A stretch of 63,715 nt of DNA, counting the filler, from Stramenopiles sp. TOSAG23-2 (taxonomy: Eukaryota), in assembly GCA_900128395.1 (NCBI GenBank). It is 11 parts of 11 records of this genome, joined end to end, with 100 filler letters (N's around TTAATTAATTAA, not from the genome) between each part and the next. Parts side by side here need not be neighbours in the genome. Positions count along the whole stretch, not along the records: positions 1 to 7,352 come from LT650330.1; positions 7,453 to 14,792 come from LT650331.1; 9 more parts are not named here. One strand, 5' to 3'. The notes below the pieces were generated by a model, which made no database searches, was not told the origin of the DNA, and saw only the letters and a program-made list of their open reading frames with translations. Shown here in pieces: positions 1 to 10,238 of the stretch (position 1 is its first letter; every line of letters begins with the position of its first letter). A program made the translations under genes and the position numbers.

Positions 1-414
1 GATTAATTCACTGCCAGATATAATTTTTTTCGATGATAAAATAATATGTTTAAAATTATTTGATGAGTTACAAATCTTGATAATTTTTGCAAATATATTA
101 ATTGGTAATGTTTGGCCTACAATTGATAATGTAACTAGACCACCATTCCTCTCAATCATTTTTGATCGTCGTTTTAGAAACTTTAATAATAAATCATGTT
201 TTACCACATTAGTGCTACGAATATTTTTTACATTAATAATTAATTTTTCAAATGAACAAATTAAAATAAATATTTCCTTTGATATAACTGATACATTCAA
301 AATTACCTCGTTGGAAAAGTCTAAATAGGAACATATATTTTGCAATACATCTTTGATTAATAATGGTGAGGATGGAAGTGAATTGTTATTTACATTGTTT
401 GCATTTTCTTCCAT
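1..414 (-). CDS. F-box-like protein, 3'-partial (runs off the window; absent from the ORF track)
   Basis: ATG at 414 opens a stop-free frame to position 1: MEENANNVNNNSLPSSPLLIKDVLQNICSYLDFSNEVILNVSVISKE..., resembling the F-box pattern L..lL..IfsyL......l..VsK. Confidence 0.55.
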   Translation of the reverse strand, partial: MEENANNVNNNSLPSSPLLIKDVLQNICSYLDFSNEVILNVSVISKEIFILICSFEKLIINVKNIRSTNVVKHDLLLKFLKRRSKMIERNGGLVTLSIVGQTLPINIFAKIIKICNSSNNFKHIILSSKKIISGSELI

Positions 415-1052
415 GATTGTTGATTTTGTACTTATTTATGGAAGGGTGTTGGAGGTGAGGAATTTGAATGATGAAATTGAAATACATAATTTATAACATT
501 TGAAAATAAATTATATATTAGTAGTGTTTTATATATCATCATACTACATTTTTTTTTTATTTATACTGCTGGACTGCTGTGCCAGGTGGTTAGTAATTAT
601 TTTGAAATATTAATTTCAATAATAGAAATAGTTGTACGTTTTATTTTTTTTAATTTCCGAAAAAGCTAGTTGCTCTCTTGTGGAAAGCGTTTTGTATGTA
701 TTTTGTTTTGAAATAAAAGGACATCAATTGTACTAAATCCTTCATTACAATATATCTAACTGTATACATAAATAATTGTCTATATTTCAAATTTCGGATT
801 TCTTATAAATAGTGAAATTTAATATTTTATTAGTTTAATGATAATTGCGTTCACGTGTAACCTGGCTAACCGTAGCACCGTGCTAGCTAACGTGCTACTT
901 GTGCACTTACCTATAAAATAAATACTATACTGTCGAACAAACATAGATGTGTGCAGATAGAAATACAGAAACAAACAACAAAACCTATAAAGAATATTTA
1001 ACTAATCACGAACAAGATTTTTACTTCAAACGATTTAATAAGAGATTTATAT

Positions 1053-3586
1053 ATGATGATGCACTTAACATATAATAATAATAAAAAGAAATTAAGTAAA
1101 AGTACAAATTATTTAGTTGCTTTAACAATAATTTTAGTGGTTCAATTCAGCTATACTACTGTTGCGACAGAATCATGTACGGCAAAAGATGGAAAAATCT
1201 TTAATAACAAGTGTTATTTTGTACCAAAAGACGTATATACCACACAATGTGGATGCCAACATTATTGTAACGCAAATGGTGAAAACGGCACACTGGCTTG
1301 CATTGATTCAGAAGAGCATTTAAAATGGATTGGTAAAAATTTTCAAAAAAACTTTCTTCGGCACGCCCAGGCTTGGGTTGGGTTATATAAAAGCAAATAT
1401 ACTGAAAAAAAGAAACATCCCTTTTCATGGGTATCTCAGCAATGCAATACAACGATATCTTCTTCTAATAGTATGTGGATGGATGGGGAACCGAGCGATC
1501 ATGGGGCAGACGGGGCGCATACAGGGTTTGAACCTTGTGTTGGATACATTTATAAAAGAGGATTAGTGGATTATTCTTGCGGATTACGTCAGGCATGTAT
1601 ATGTCAACAAGATTCAACTTTCACGTCAAAATATATATCTCTTGTAGATAATGGATATAATAACGGCCCCAACAATGAGAAAGATTTTAAATTTGGATGT
1701 AGTTTTGACGATAGAGATCCTTTCCAAACTGGTTCGGATATGCAATTAATAGCTACGATATTTTTTTTGGCTGCAATAACAGCTTTCAATTTTTTCTTTT
1801 GTTTACCAACAAAGAAAAATGCGGAAAATGGTGGCGAAAATGACGTGCCAATAGTCCCAAGAAAAATTGATACAGTTGCTTTAAATGGCTTACGTGGAAT
1901 AGTTGCCATGCATATCGCACTTGGTCATTATTCCGGTATTCTTGGTGTTGATTTACTAGGAGGTGCAAGCCTCCCTTTATTTTATTTACTTTCTGGTTAT
2001 ATTATGACAATTGGATATGGCTCGAAATTAACAAATCCCAGTTCGAGACAAAGGAATTTGGCTAAACCGCTGAATAGAAAACGATTTATGATGAATCGAG
2101 TGGCAAGATTATGCCCGCTGTATTGGTGCACTAATATCTGTTGTTGTGTTTTCTGCATACTTATTGTCCTTCTGACTTTTGGAGGGGTATTTGCGATGGA
2201 TTGCGACTATGGCGCAGATGCCTGTCTCGACCCGTTGGCTAATTTTTTCATGAGTTTAACATTATTAAACGTTTGGGTGCGTCCCTTTAATTTATGGATT
2301 CCTAGAGGTGGCCGGGTTGATTTACCTTCAAATGGGGTTACCTGGACAATGCAAACGATGTTTATGTTCTATGTTGTATTTCCATACGTCATACCATGGT
2401 TAGCTTCATTGCGCAAACGAATCAAAAATTTATCAGTAGCTATTGAATTATTATTTTATATGCAACTGATCATTTTTTTCAGCATACTCGATTTTGGTTT
2501 ATTTTATTTACATAATGTTCAATTTGCATATTGGACAGCAAGATCATATCCTCCAAGTCGTTTGCCAGTATTTATGATGGGATGTGTATTAGCACTTCGT
2601 TCAATGTATGGGAATGAGAATGATTCAGTGCGGGTATATTGTACTTGCTGTTGTAAAAGTAATATGAAAAAAATGGCAAATGACAATGCAATTATTAATA
2701 ATGACAACAACAACAATGGTATTAACCCAGTACCATCGCCTGAAAATATAGCAGCAGCGAAAGGTGCAGATAGAATATCTATATGTATCCTAGTAACTGT
2801 GCTATTATCAGTCATTCTGACCTTGGCAATATCAATGGAATTAAACGGAGTATTTCGTGTTTTGTGGGAAGCTATTTTCCCTATATTCTTTGCACAATTG
2901 ATGGTAGATTTAACAAATGCCGGGAAAACAGCAGGTATAGTGAATAGAATCTGTCGTTCGAAATTTGGAATATTCATTGGTCGAATTTCGATGGCTTTAT
3001 ATTTGATACATATGATAGTTGTTTTACCTGTGTTAGGCTTAATCTGGACTTTGCCATTTATTATAAAGTTAATTGCCTTGCTAATTACATTTCTATGTGG
3101 ACTTGCAATAGCATATGTTATCACTATATACATTGAAGATCCGTGTAGAAGATGTATACGTCAAGATAAAAAGAACCAACAACAATTTCACAACCCACAA
3201 ACTATCGTCATCCAACCACAACAAGTGATGATTGGTAATGCAGGTAATGGATTTCGTTCGGGTACGTTGGCAACGCCATTCCTTCCAACACAAACAGCAT
3301 CAGTACAACCATCACAAAATAACTCGTCGTTAGTCCACCCAGTTACAATTCCACAAGGTATGTAAATTATATTTGTATTTCCATATATATATCCGAATAA
3401 AATTGAAACTAACAAAGTTTTTGTTTTTTTTTAAATCATAAAAATTTATATAACTAACTTCTTTTAATATTTTCCACAGGGTATTCTCCAGGAATGCAAA
3501 TGCAAGTAAGATTAAGTAATGGTCAGACTAGAGTAGTGGTTGTGCCACAAGGAGCTACGCCTGGAACAGTCATTCATGTTGTATAA
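1053..3586 (+). CDS. C-type lectin domain fused to acyltransferase-3 (OafA/NRF-6-like) membrane O-acyltransferase; join(1053..3357,3480..3586)
   Basis: Signal-like hydrophobic segment; CTLD motifs (FNNKCYF, AWVGL, W.DGEP, C..C...IC); AT3 motifs LNGLRG...H, FYLLSGY, RVARLCPLY, SMALYLIH; many TM helices. Intron GTATGT 3358 .. ACTAAC .. CAG 3479 keeps frame into a last exon GYSPGMQMQVRLSNGQTRVVVVPQGATPGTVIHVV*. Confidence 0.8.
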
Positions 3587-4318
3587 AAAAATCATAATAC
3601 GTAAAAAAGTAGTACGAGTATATGTTTAGTAGCTTGTTCACCTAACTCTGAATCACAGACAGAGGAAGATTCTTTTGAATACTAAAATAATTTACGAAGT
3701 ACTATGTTTATACGTAATATAATAAATGAGTATTTAAATCACTTTTGATTTGAGATGTTAACTTTCAATCAATCCAAGCACCCAATGGAATAATATTCAT
3801 CAATGATGGAATATTATTTAATCTATTACAATGTACCTGGTATTGTTACAGTACAGTATGGTCTCTATTCAATCTAAAATGGAATATTACAAAAAAAAGT
3901 TGCTATAGCACCATACAGTAAAGTTAAAGTAGAAGAGATGAATACTAATAGTGCCTAGTAGAATTAAGGAGGAGATTTTTTTGATGTGATTGTTGATATT
4001 TTCCATTTTAAGGGTTCATTCGAAATATACAGTCGTTTCTGTTTTTAGACTAAGGTACTGTACCAGGTACAGTACTTTAAAAAAACTCCTGTGTCGGCTG
4101 TCCTGTCCTGGCTGTGGTCGGCGGATGTGAAAGAGATGTGAAAAAAAAGCGTTGCCGACTGTCCGGCTGTGTGTGTGATAATCCCAAACATACATATTGC
4201 ACCACATAGTATTATTTATTGCTATATAATTATTATACATGAAGAATACTTTAACTTCCTTTCTATTTCTCCTTCTCCCTCTCTTTGTTATAATAAATAC
4301 ATGTTATAATCATCAAAG

Positions 4319-5704
4319 ATGAGCACGGTTGATAATATAGATACGATGGGTACTGCCCAAGAAAATAATAATCCAAGTGTAGCACTTTCCAATTCAGTTG
4401 TATCCGCACATTCCTCATTTGAGAATAACGTCGTTGTAGAAGAATGGAAAGGAAAGATCGATAGAGAGTTTACGTTAGAAAAACTACCACCTTCCAGATC
4501 CAGTGCAGCGTTGATGATACAAAATTTTTTCCGTTCATTTAGAAATAGACGTACGTTTAAAATTATTAAAACGGTCCTGGCACAAGCAGAAGAAACCATT
4601 ACGAAGAAAGTTTTAAGACAAGTTAATCCGTCAGAAGCACATTTAACTAACGACCCTTCTTTACGTGCCAGAGTCCGTTTTCGTCTTGGTGGTTCAAGTT
4701 GGCCACCTATTGTCTTGTATAAAATTTATACTTCCGTTCCATTTCGATATATAGACGGAAAAATTGTTCAAAGCAATTATGCTGGAAAGATTGAAAACCA
4801 AGGTGTATATACAAGGCGGCAGTATCAAAAATTTATTTCATGTTTAGATAAAAAACCTGTACATGCAGGTGGAAGAGGTAACTCATGGAGACCTTTATTT
4901 CGTACCCAAAAAGTTGATAATAGTAATACTACTAAAAATTTTAACAACTATAATAATAGTTTAATAAACAATAACTATAATAGACGAGGTAAATTATCGT
5001 TTCCGTCTAAAATGAGGTCAAATGTAATAGAAACCAGACTTGGTGCTGGCGGTGGCATGGTTGGGCCGAAACATTTAATTGGAAAAGAAATACAACAAAA
5101 TGGAAGTAGAGATAATAATACACCACGAAAATATAATGCGAGGTGGCAAAGTAGTATACCCAAACGTCGTCCAGGTACGACGACTGATGCTGGCAGACGC
5201 ATGCTTCGCGAAGGAATGAACAATAACAATAATAATAGAAAGAATAGACGTAGAATGAACCGACCACGTAGCGCAGCAGCATCAAGATCAAGAAGGAATC
5301 GTCGTGGGATTACCAGTTCAAATAAAAGTATTGGATTTGATAAAAAAAATAGAAAACACATGAAACGATCAAAGTCATCTTCTTCTAATCGTAAACTGCG
5401 TTTAAAAGGTAACGAAATACCGAAAACAATGACGCAGCCAAAGCCTTCTTTAATGAAGAAGGCACCATCAAGTAGTAAACTTTTAACACCGAAGAAGTAT
5501 CGCTCATTTGTAAATAAAAATAGTCGCCCATCATCAGGTAGAAGACGACGTGGTGAGAGTGGGAAAAAGAACATATTAAACACAATAACAAGTTGGGATA
5601 CTGTTCCGGAAAGTGAAGTCAACGATTTATATGCATGGAGTACTGCATTAAATATAGACCAAGACCTGCAAAAATTGCTATGGGTTAAAACCAGTCCATC
5701 TTGA
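4319..5704 (+). CDS. C11orf65/MFI-like protein with IQ-like motif
   Basis: AALMIQNFFR IQ-like motif; VNPSEAHL...VRFRLGGSSWPPIVLYKIYT and C-terminal EVNDLYAWSTALNID match the C11orf65 family blocks. Confidence 0.7.
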   Translation: MSTVDNIDTMGTAQENNNPSVALSNSVVSAHSSFENNVVVEEWKGKIDREFTLEKLPPSRSSAALMIQNFFRSFRNRRTFKIIKTVLAQAEETITKKVLRQVNPSEAHLTNDPSLRARVRFRLGGSSWPPIVLYKIYTSVPFRYIDGKIVQSNYAGKIENQGVYTRRQYQKFISCLDKKPVHAGGRGNSWRPLFRTQKVDNSNTTKNFNNYNNSLINNNYNRRGKLSFPSKMRSNVIETRLGAGGGMVGPKHLIGKEIQQNGSRDNNTPRKYNARWQSSIPKRRPGTTTDAGRRMLREGMNNNNNNRKNRRRMNRPRSAAASRSRRNRRGITSSNKSIGFDKKNRKHMKRSKSSSSNRKLRLKGNEIPKTMTQPKPSLMKKAPSSSKLLTPKKYRSFVNKNSRPSSGRRRRGESGKKNILNTITSWDTVPESEVNDLYAWSTALNIDQDLQKLLWVKTSPS

Positions 5705-6236
5705 ATCAAGGAAAATTGTTAACCAAAGTAAAATTGTAAAACTTACTTTTCTTTTGTAATTTGTGTGTATAATATATGTATGCGCGACCCCCATATTAAA
5801 AACATAGTATGCATACTCGTTTATATATTTTTTTTAAAAATACGCTCCTCGTAATATGTTTTACGCGGGGTTATAAAACTTGTACGATTCGTATTTTAAA
5901 ACTACTTGTACGAATAAGCTTTTTTTTTATAATATTTAGAATTTTTTTGTTTTTTTGTTGTTTTTTAAATTTTACGAAGTTCGTATTTTTTAAATAAAAA
6001 TAATGTGTTAATATACGACGTCGGAGTATAATATATACGAGGTAAAATATGTTTATCATACTGAGAGGATTAACATAAAATATGTACGAAGTTCGTAAAT
6101 ATTATTTCTGAGATTAAGTATTGACCGTAGTAGCATTTTCCACGGGAAGTAAAATTATTATAACTTTAGATTTTAACCATCACATATTTTATCATACTAT
6201 TAATAAAAACTTTTTTATAAAATCAATGTCTCTTCA

Positions 6237-7319
6237 TCATGAGTATAATTGAACTTTAACTGTTTCTTCTAAAAATTTTCTTTCTGATGGACTGACAATT
6301 CTGCTCTTTATTTGTTTTTTTCTCATAGCCTCTGGTGATCGTTTAGCTTCCTCTCCACGTTTCCATATAGTTTTCCTTGCATCAAAATATTCGCCATCAA
6401 GTATTACTTTTGGATCATATGAATTTGGACCAGGAATCTGCTTTGCACGATATTGAATCCATTCTAATTGAGTTTTTGGTTTACTTTCATTAAAGCGACC
6501 TCCTCCGATTTTTGGATTGGGCAACATACCATAAGTGGCGGGACCAGGTGTATTTTTATTATAATAAATAATCCATTCAATTTCAGATTTACTATTACCC
6601 ACATTAAACCTCCCACCGCCTTTTTTTGGTAATGGTGGTCTCGCATAAGCATTTGGACCAGGTGTATCCTTAGCAAAATATTGTATCCAATCTATTTCTG
6701 ATTTTACTACTGCTGTACTAATTCGACCGCCTTTAGGCAGCGGCATTGGTGCTGGTTTGTACTCAGCTGGTCCAGGTAAATTTTTCGCACGATAGATGAC
6801 CCACTCGATGTTCGATTTTGGTTTCGATTCATTAAATTTTCCTCCTCCACGCTTCGGAGCTTTTGGTCTTGGATATGCATTTGGTCCAGGTGTGTCCTTT
6901 GCATAGTATATTGTCCAATCTATTTCACTTTTTGGTGTAGATGTACTAAATATGCCACTGTATTTAGACAAACTGCGCCCCATCATCCTGCTATCCGATA
7001 CATCATATGTTGCTGGGCCTGGGGGTGGTGGGAAAAGTTCATCTCGGCTTTTTCCAAGTTTTTTTGGACTTTTTGATGTTTCTAATGCTTTCAATTTCTC
7101 TTTTGCTAATCTTTTCTTTTTAAGTTTTTTCATTAATGCTCTTTGTTCCATTACTTTAAATGGTTCAAAGTGTATACCAGAACCCAAAAAAGAAACACGA
7201 TTTACTTGATTTTTAAAGGCAATTGAATCTTTCTTGATACTAGCTAATTTACGTATTTTCTCCTTTTTCTTCCTTCTGACTCTCTTCCTCTTAAATTTAT
7301 TTAAATTATACCTATTACT
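6237..7319 (-). CDS. SHIPPO/ODF3-type PGP-repeat axonemal protein, 5'-partial
   Basis: Six ~38-aa repeats K[ST]EI[DE]W..Y.AK..PGP..Y; bases 7320-7352 are a chimeric inverted copy of 4505-4537, so the true start is missing. Confidence 0.75.
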   Translation of the reverse strand, partial: SNRYNLNKFKRKRVRRKKKEKIRKLASIKKDSIAFKNQVNRVSFLGSGIHFEPFKVMEQRALMKKLKKKRLAKEKLKALETSKSPKKLGKSRDELFPPPPGPATYDVSDSRMMGRSLSKYSGIFSTSTPKSEIDWTIYYAKDTPGPNAYPRPKAPKRGGGKFNESKPKSNIEWVIYRAKNLPGPAEYKPAPMPLPKGGRISTAVVKSEIDWIQYFAKDTPGPNAYARPPLPKKGGGRFNVGNSKSEIEWIIYYNKNTPGPATYGMLPNPKIGGGRFNESKPKTQLEWIQYRAKQIPGPNSYDPKVILDGEYFDARKTIWKRGEEAKRSPEAMRKKQIKSRIVSPSERKFLEETVKVQLYS

Positions 7320-7352
7320 TGAACGGAAAAAATTTTGTATCATCAACGCTGC

Positions 7353-7452
7353 NNNNNNNNNNNNNNNNNNNNNNNNNNNNNNNNNNNNNNNNNNNNTTAA
7401 TTAATTAANNNNNNNNNNNNNNNNNNNNNNNNNNNNNNNNNNNNNNNNNNNN
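7353..7452. other. Artificial contig linker (N-TTAATTAATTAA-N); identical linkers at 14793-14892, 22217-22316, 29640-29739, 37062-37161, 44476-44575, 51886-51985, 59293-59392, 60768-60867, 62242-62341
   Basis: 100-nt spacer carrying stops in all six frames; contig lengths decrease monotonically (7340, 7324, 7323, 7322, 7314, 7310, 7307, 1375, 1374). Confidence 0.98.
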
Positions 7453-7517
7453 AAAATATATATCGAATACTCTTTTTTTTTTCATTTTATTTTGGTTATC
7501 TTTCCACCCTTGATCAG

Positions 7518-8975
7518 ATACTTGGTGGCGCAGCAAAGAATCAAGAGAAATTCCATTGGTCAAAACTTCCGATACAAACGATGAAAAAAAGGACAACATT
7601 AAAGGCCTTGATTCTGAGAGTACAAAATTACGAAAAGATTTTTCTTCATGGTTTAATAAATCGTTTGAAAATGACGAAGATGATGTAGAAAAAAAGACCA
7701 ATTCTATAACTAGTAAAAAAAAGAAAAAAAACATTTCACCTAAGAAACCAAACTCACCAAGAAAGAAATATGTCAATGGTGGGCGTAAAGGAAAGTATAC
7801 TCGGCAACTAATTGATTTAAACCAAGGATTACGAAAGCCTATGAGTTCTATATGGTCACCATCAATTTTACGACCACATCCACCTATATTAATAGAAGCA
7901 ATCGAAACAATGGTACCAGATAATGTAAAGAAAGATGTTACAGCAAGAAGTCCATCGCATGTTTTAGAAGAATCACTATCTTCTTTATTATCAATAGATA
8001 TTAGAAACCATCGGGAAAATGTTAACAGAAGAATTCAAAAATACATCTGATATATGTAGATACATGTTCATGAAAATTATTGTTTTAGTATCCCAATCTA
8101 TCTATATTGATATTTTGGAAGTCGCCTCTGAAATTGCTACAGCTGTGGAATTGTTCATGGAAGATTTTTTCGTTCCATATGCAAATGCAACAGGCTTACA
8201 GAAAGATGAAAATGAATACAGAAAAAATCGCATATACAATAAAAGTGTTGGAAAAGAATTGAAAAGTGCACAAGATACATTGAAACGAGTATTTATACGT
8301 TATTGCAAACGTCCAAAGTGGATCAACGATGAAATATTTAAAGAGCAAGAGGAGAAAAAAATGGTAGATGCAATTAAAGAAGCCGAGGAGAAAGCAAAGA
8401 AAGGAAAAAAAAAGAAACAGAAAAAAGTAAATGATGATAGCGTTAATCCATTAACTGGAAGTAGAAAACTGTCCCCAAAAGGTCGCAAAGTATATTGGAT
8501 GGATTTAACAAATTGGTTAGAAATTTTAAATGATTTAAAATTATTCAATGAAGATTTCTCAGTACGAGATGGAAGAAGATTTTTCTTTCTTTCTCGAATG
8601 ATGAGTAAGGATGAAAGTAAATATTTGTTGATACGTAAAACATTAAATTATGCTGATTTTCTAGAAGCAATATGTCGACTTGTAGACAATTTACAAATTC
8701 CAACGAAAGCAGAGTTAAAAGCAAACGAAGTTTCTACTTTTTCTGAATTGTTAATAAAGAGGCAAATTGAACACGCAGTAGGCGATGATACTTTGGATGG
8801 GTGGAACTCAGTAGGTATGCATAAAGCATGGAAAATGAAAGAACCAATGACAGGATCATTAGTTAGTAAATTATCGATTATGATGCCATTTTTAGTCGAC
8901 CAGATTAAAAATTCTATTGCAATAGGGAAAATCAAAAGTGTGGAGAGAGCAAAAATTAAAAACCAATCATTGTAA
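7518..8975 (+). CDS. Hypothetical protein with degenerate EF-hand-like C-terminus (possibly flagellar); frame break near 8020-8050, probably 5'-partial
   Basis: Two overlapping ORFs (7556-8050, 8019-8975); pyrimidine tract plus CAG before 7518; C-terminal MDLTNWLEIL...FFLSRMM...LNYADFLEAICRL. Confidence 0.45.
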
Positions 8976-9038
8976 AAAATTACGTAATATTATACTAATC
9001 GTACGAAAGCGTCGTACGGATCAAAAATCAAAGTATTT

Positions 9039-9497
9039 TTAAAAATGGTAGTCCATGCTTCTTGGTGTTGCAACAAATCTACCAGTAGATCTACGATGAA
9101 TGCCAGACGGTTGTCTACGTGAACTATTTGGTGTTCTAGTATTATTAGCTACCCTTTTAAACGAACTATCAAGTCTTCGAAATAATTCCCCCGTATTAGG
9201 CTCATATACATTACCATCTTTCATACCTAAAGGCACATTGTTCCATGGAGTTGCATACTTGTCGACTAAATTACTATTGACATTATTATTATATTGATTG
9301 CTACTGCTACCTGTGTATATATTTTCTTTCTCTTGTTTTTTAATACTTTTTGATGATGTAGATAGGACACCAATATGTTTTGAAATTTTCCATCTTGGCG
9401 CGTTCTTTTTTGAATTTTGGTTTCGTTTGATTAATGACAAAATAGCATACCTAATCAATAGTGCAAAAATGATTGTAAACAAAATATAATAAAACAT
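9039..9497 (-). CDS. Small single-pass membrane protein, hypothetical
   Basis: 152-aa ATG ORF with N-terminal hydrophobic helix followed by basic residues. Confidence 0.5.
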   Translation of the reverse strand: MFYYILFTIIFALLIRYAILSLIKRNQNSKKNAPRWKISKHIGVLSTSSKSIKKQEKENIYTGSSSNQYNNNVNSNLVDKYATPWNNVPLGMKDGNVYEPNTGELFRRLDSSFKRVANNTRTPNSSRRQPSGIHRRSTGRFVATPRSMDYHF

Positions 9498-10238
9498 GTC
9501 TTCCTTTTTTTCCCTTCGATTGTAATATAAACAGTTGTCAAATTACGTTATTGTTGCCGTCTATATCGTTCTTTCTCTAAATATTATTACAGGTACTATA
9601 ATATATATAATATGTACTTTTATTATTGAAAATATTCTTTCTCCAGCATTTACATTCTTTCTTCTTCTGTGGCATTCATTCATACCTGTAAAATATTAAT
9701 TTAATAACGTAATAATAAAAAATAAAAAAAATAATAAATAAGGTGCTAAGTAACTATAAACAGGAATTACAGACGACTGTACTGTATGTAGCCTTACGCA
9801 ATTAGCAGCTAACGACCGCCCTTTCTCCCTTTCCTTAAATTAAAAATGACACAGATGCAACCACCTTAAAAGCTAAAATAATAACAACAACTAGCTATAC
9901 TATACTATACTTATACTACGTAGCGGTACTCTGGCAAGCGCAGAGTCTTCCCTTTAACGTAGCGGTATGGAGGATGATGAAGAAGAAGATGATAATAAAA
10001 TTGAATATTGAATGGAAAAAATATGTTACTATATGTAGATGTATCCTTTATACATCAGTATACTCTGCTGATGTATTAGTATATCAACTGTTGAGGCATA
10101 AACTTACAAGAGATGTCTCGAATAAATCCAAGCATATATTTCTATAATCAAAAATAATATTTTTCTTTTCAGTAGGTCAACTTGTGTTATTTATACATTA
10201 TTATAGATAATATATATAATATAAAGTAATTAATAATA

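Noticed and set aside
7320-7352. IQ-like motif shared by the SHIPPO protein and the C11orf65-like protein
   Set aside because: 33-bp exact inverted copy of 4505-4537 at the contig end, typical of an amplification chimera.
7353-7452. Recurrent TTAATTAATTAA within N runs as a biological repeat, and gene clustering across it
   Set aside because: Synthetic six-frame-stop linker between length-sorted contigs; neighbours across it are unlinked.
8019-8060. UGA readthrough or selenocysteine at 8048-8050
   Set aside because: Another stop follows two codons later and the downstream coding region is in a different frame.
9918-9967. 11-bp direct repeat ACGTAGCGGTA around a 6-bp hairpin
   Set aside because: Too short and single-copy to distinguish from chance or a small local duplication.
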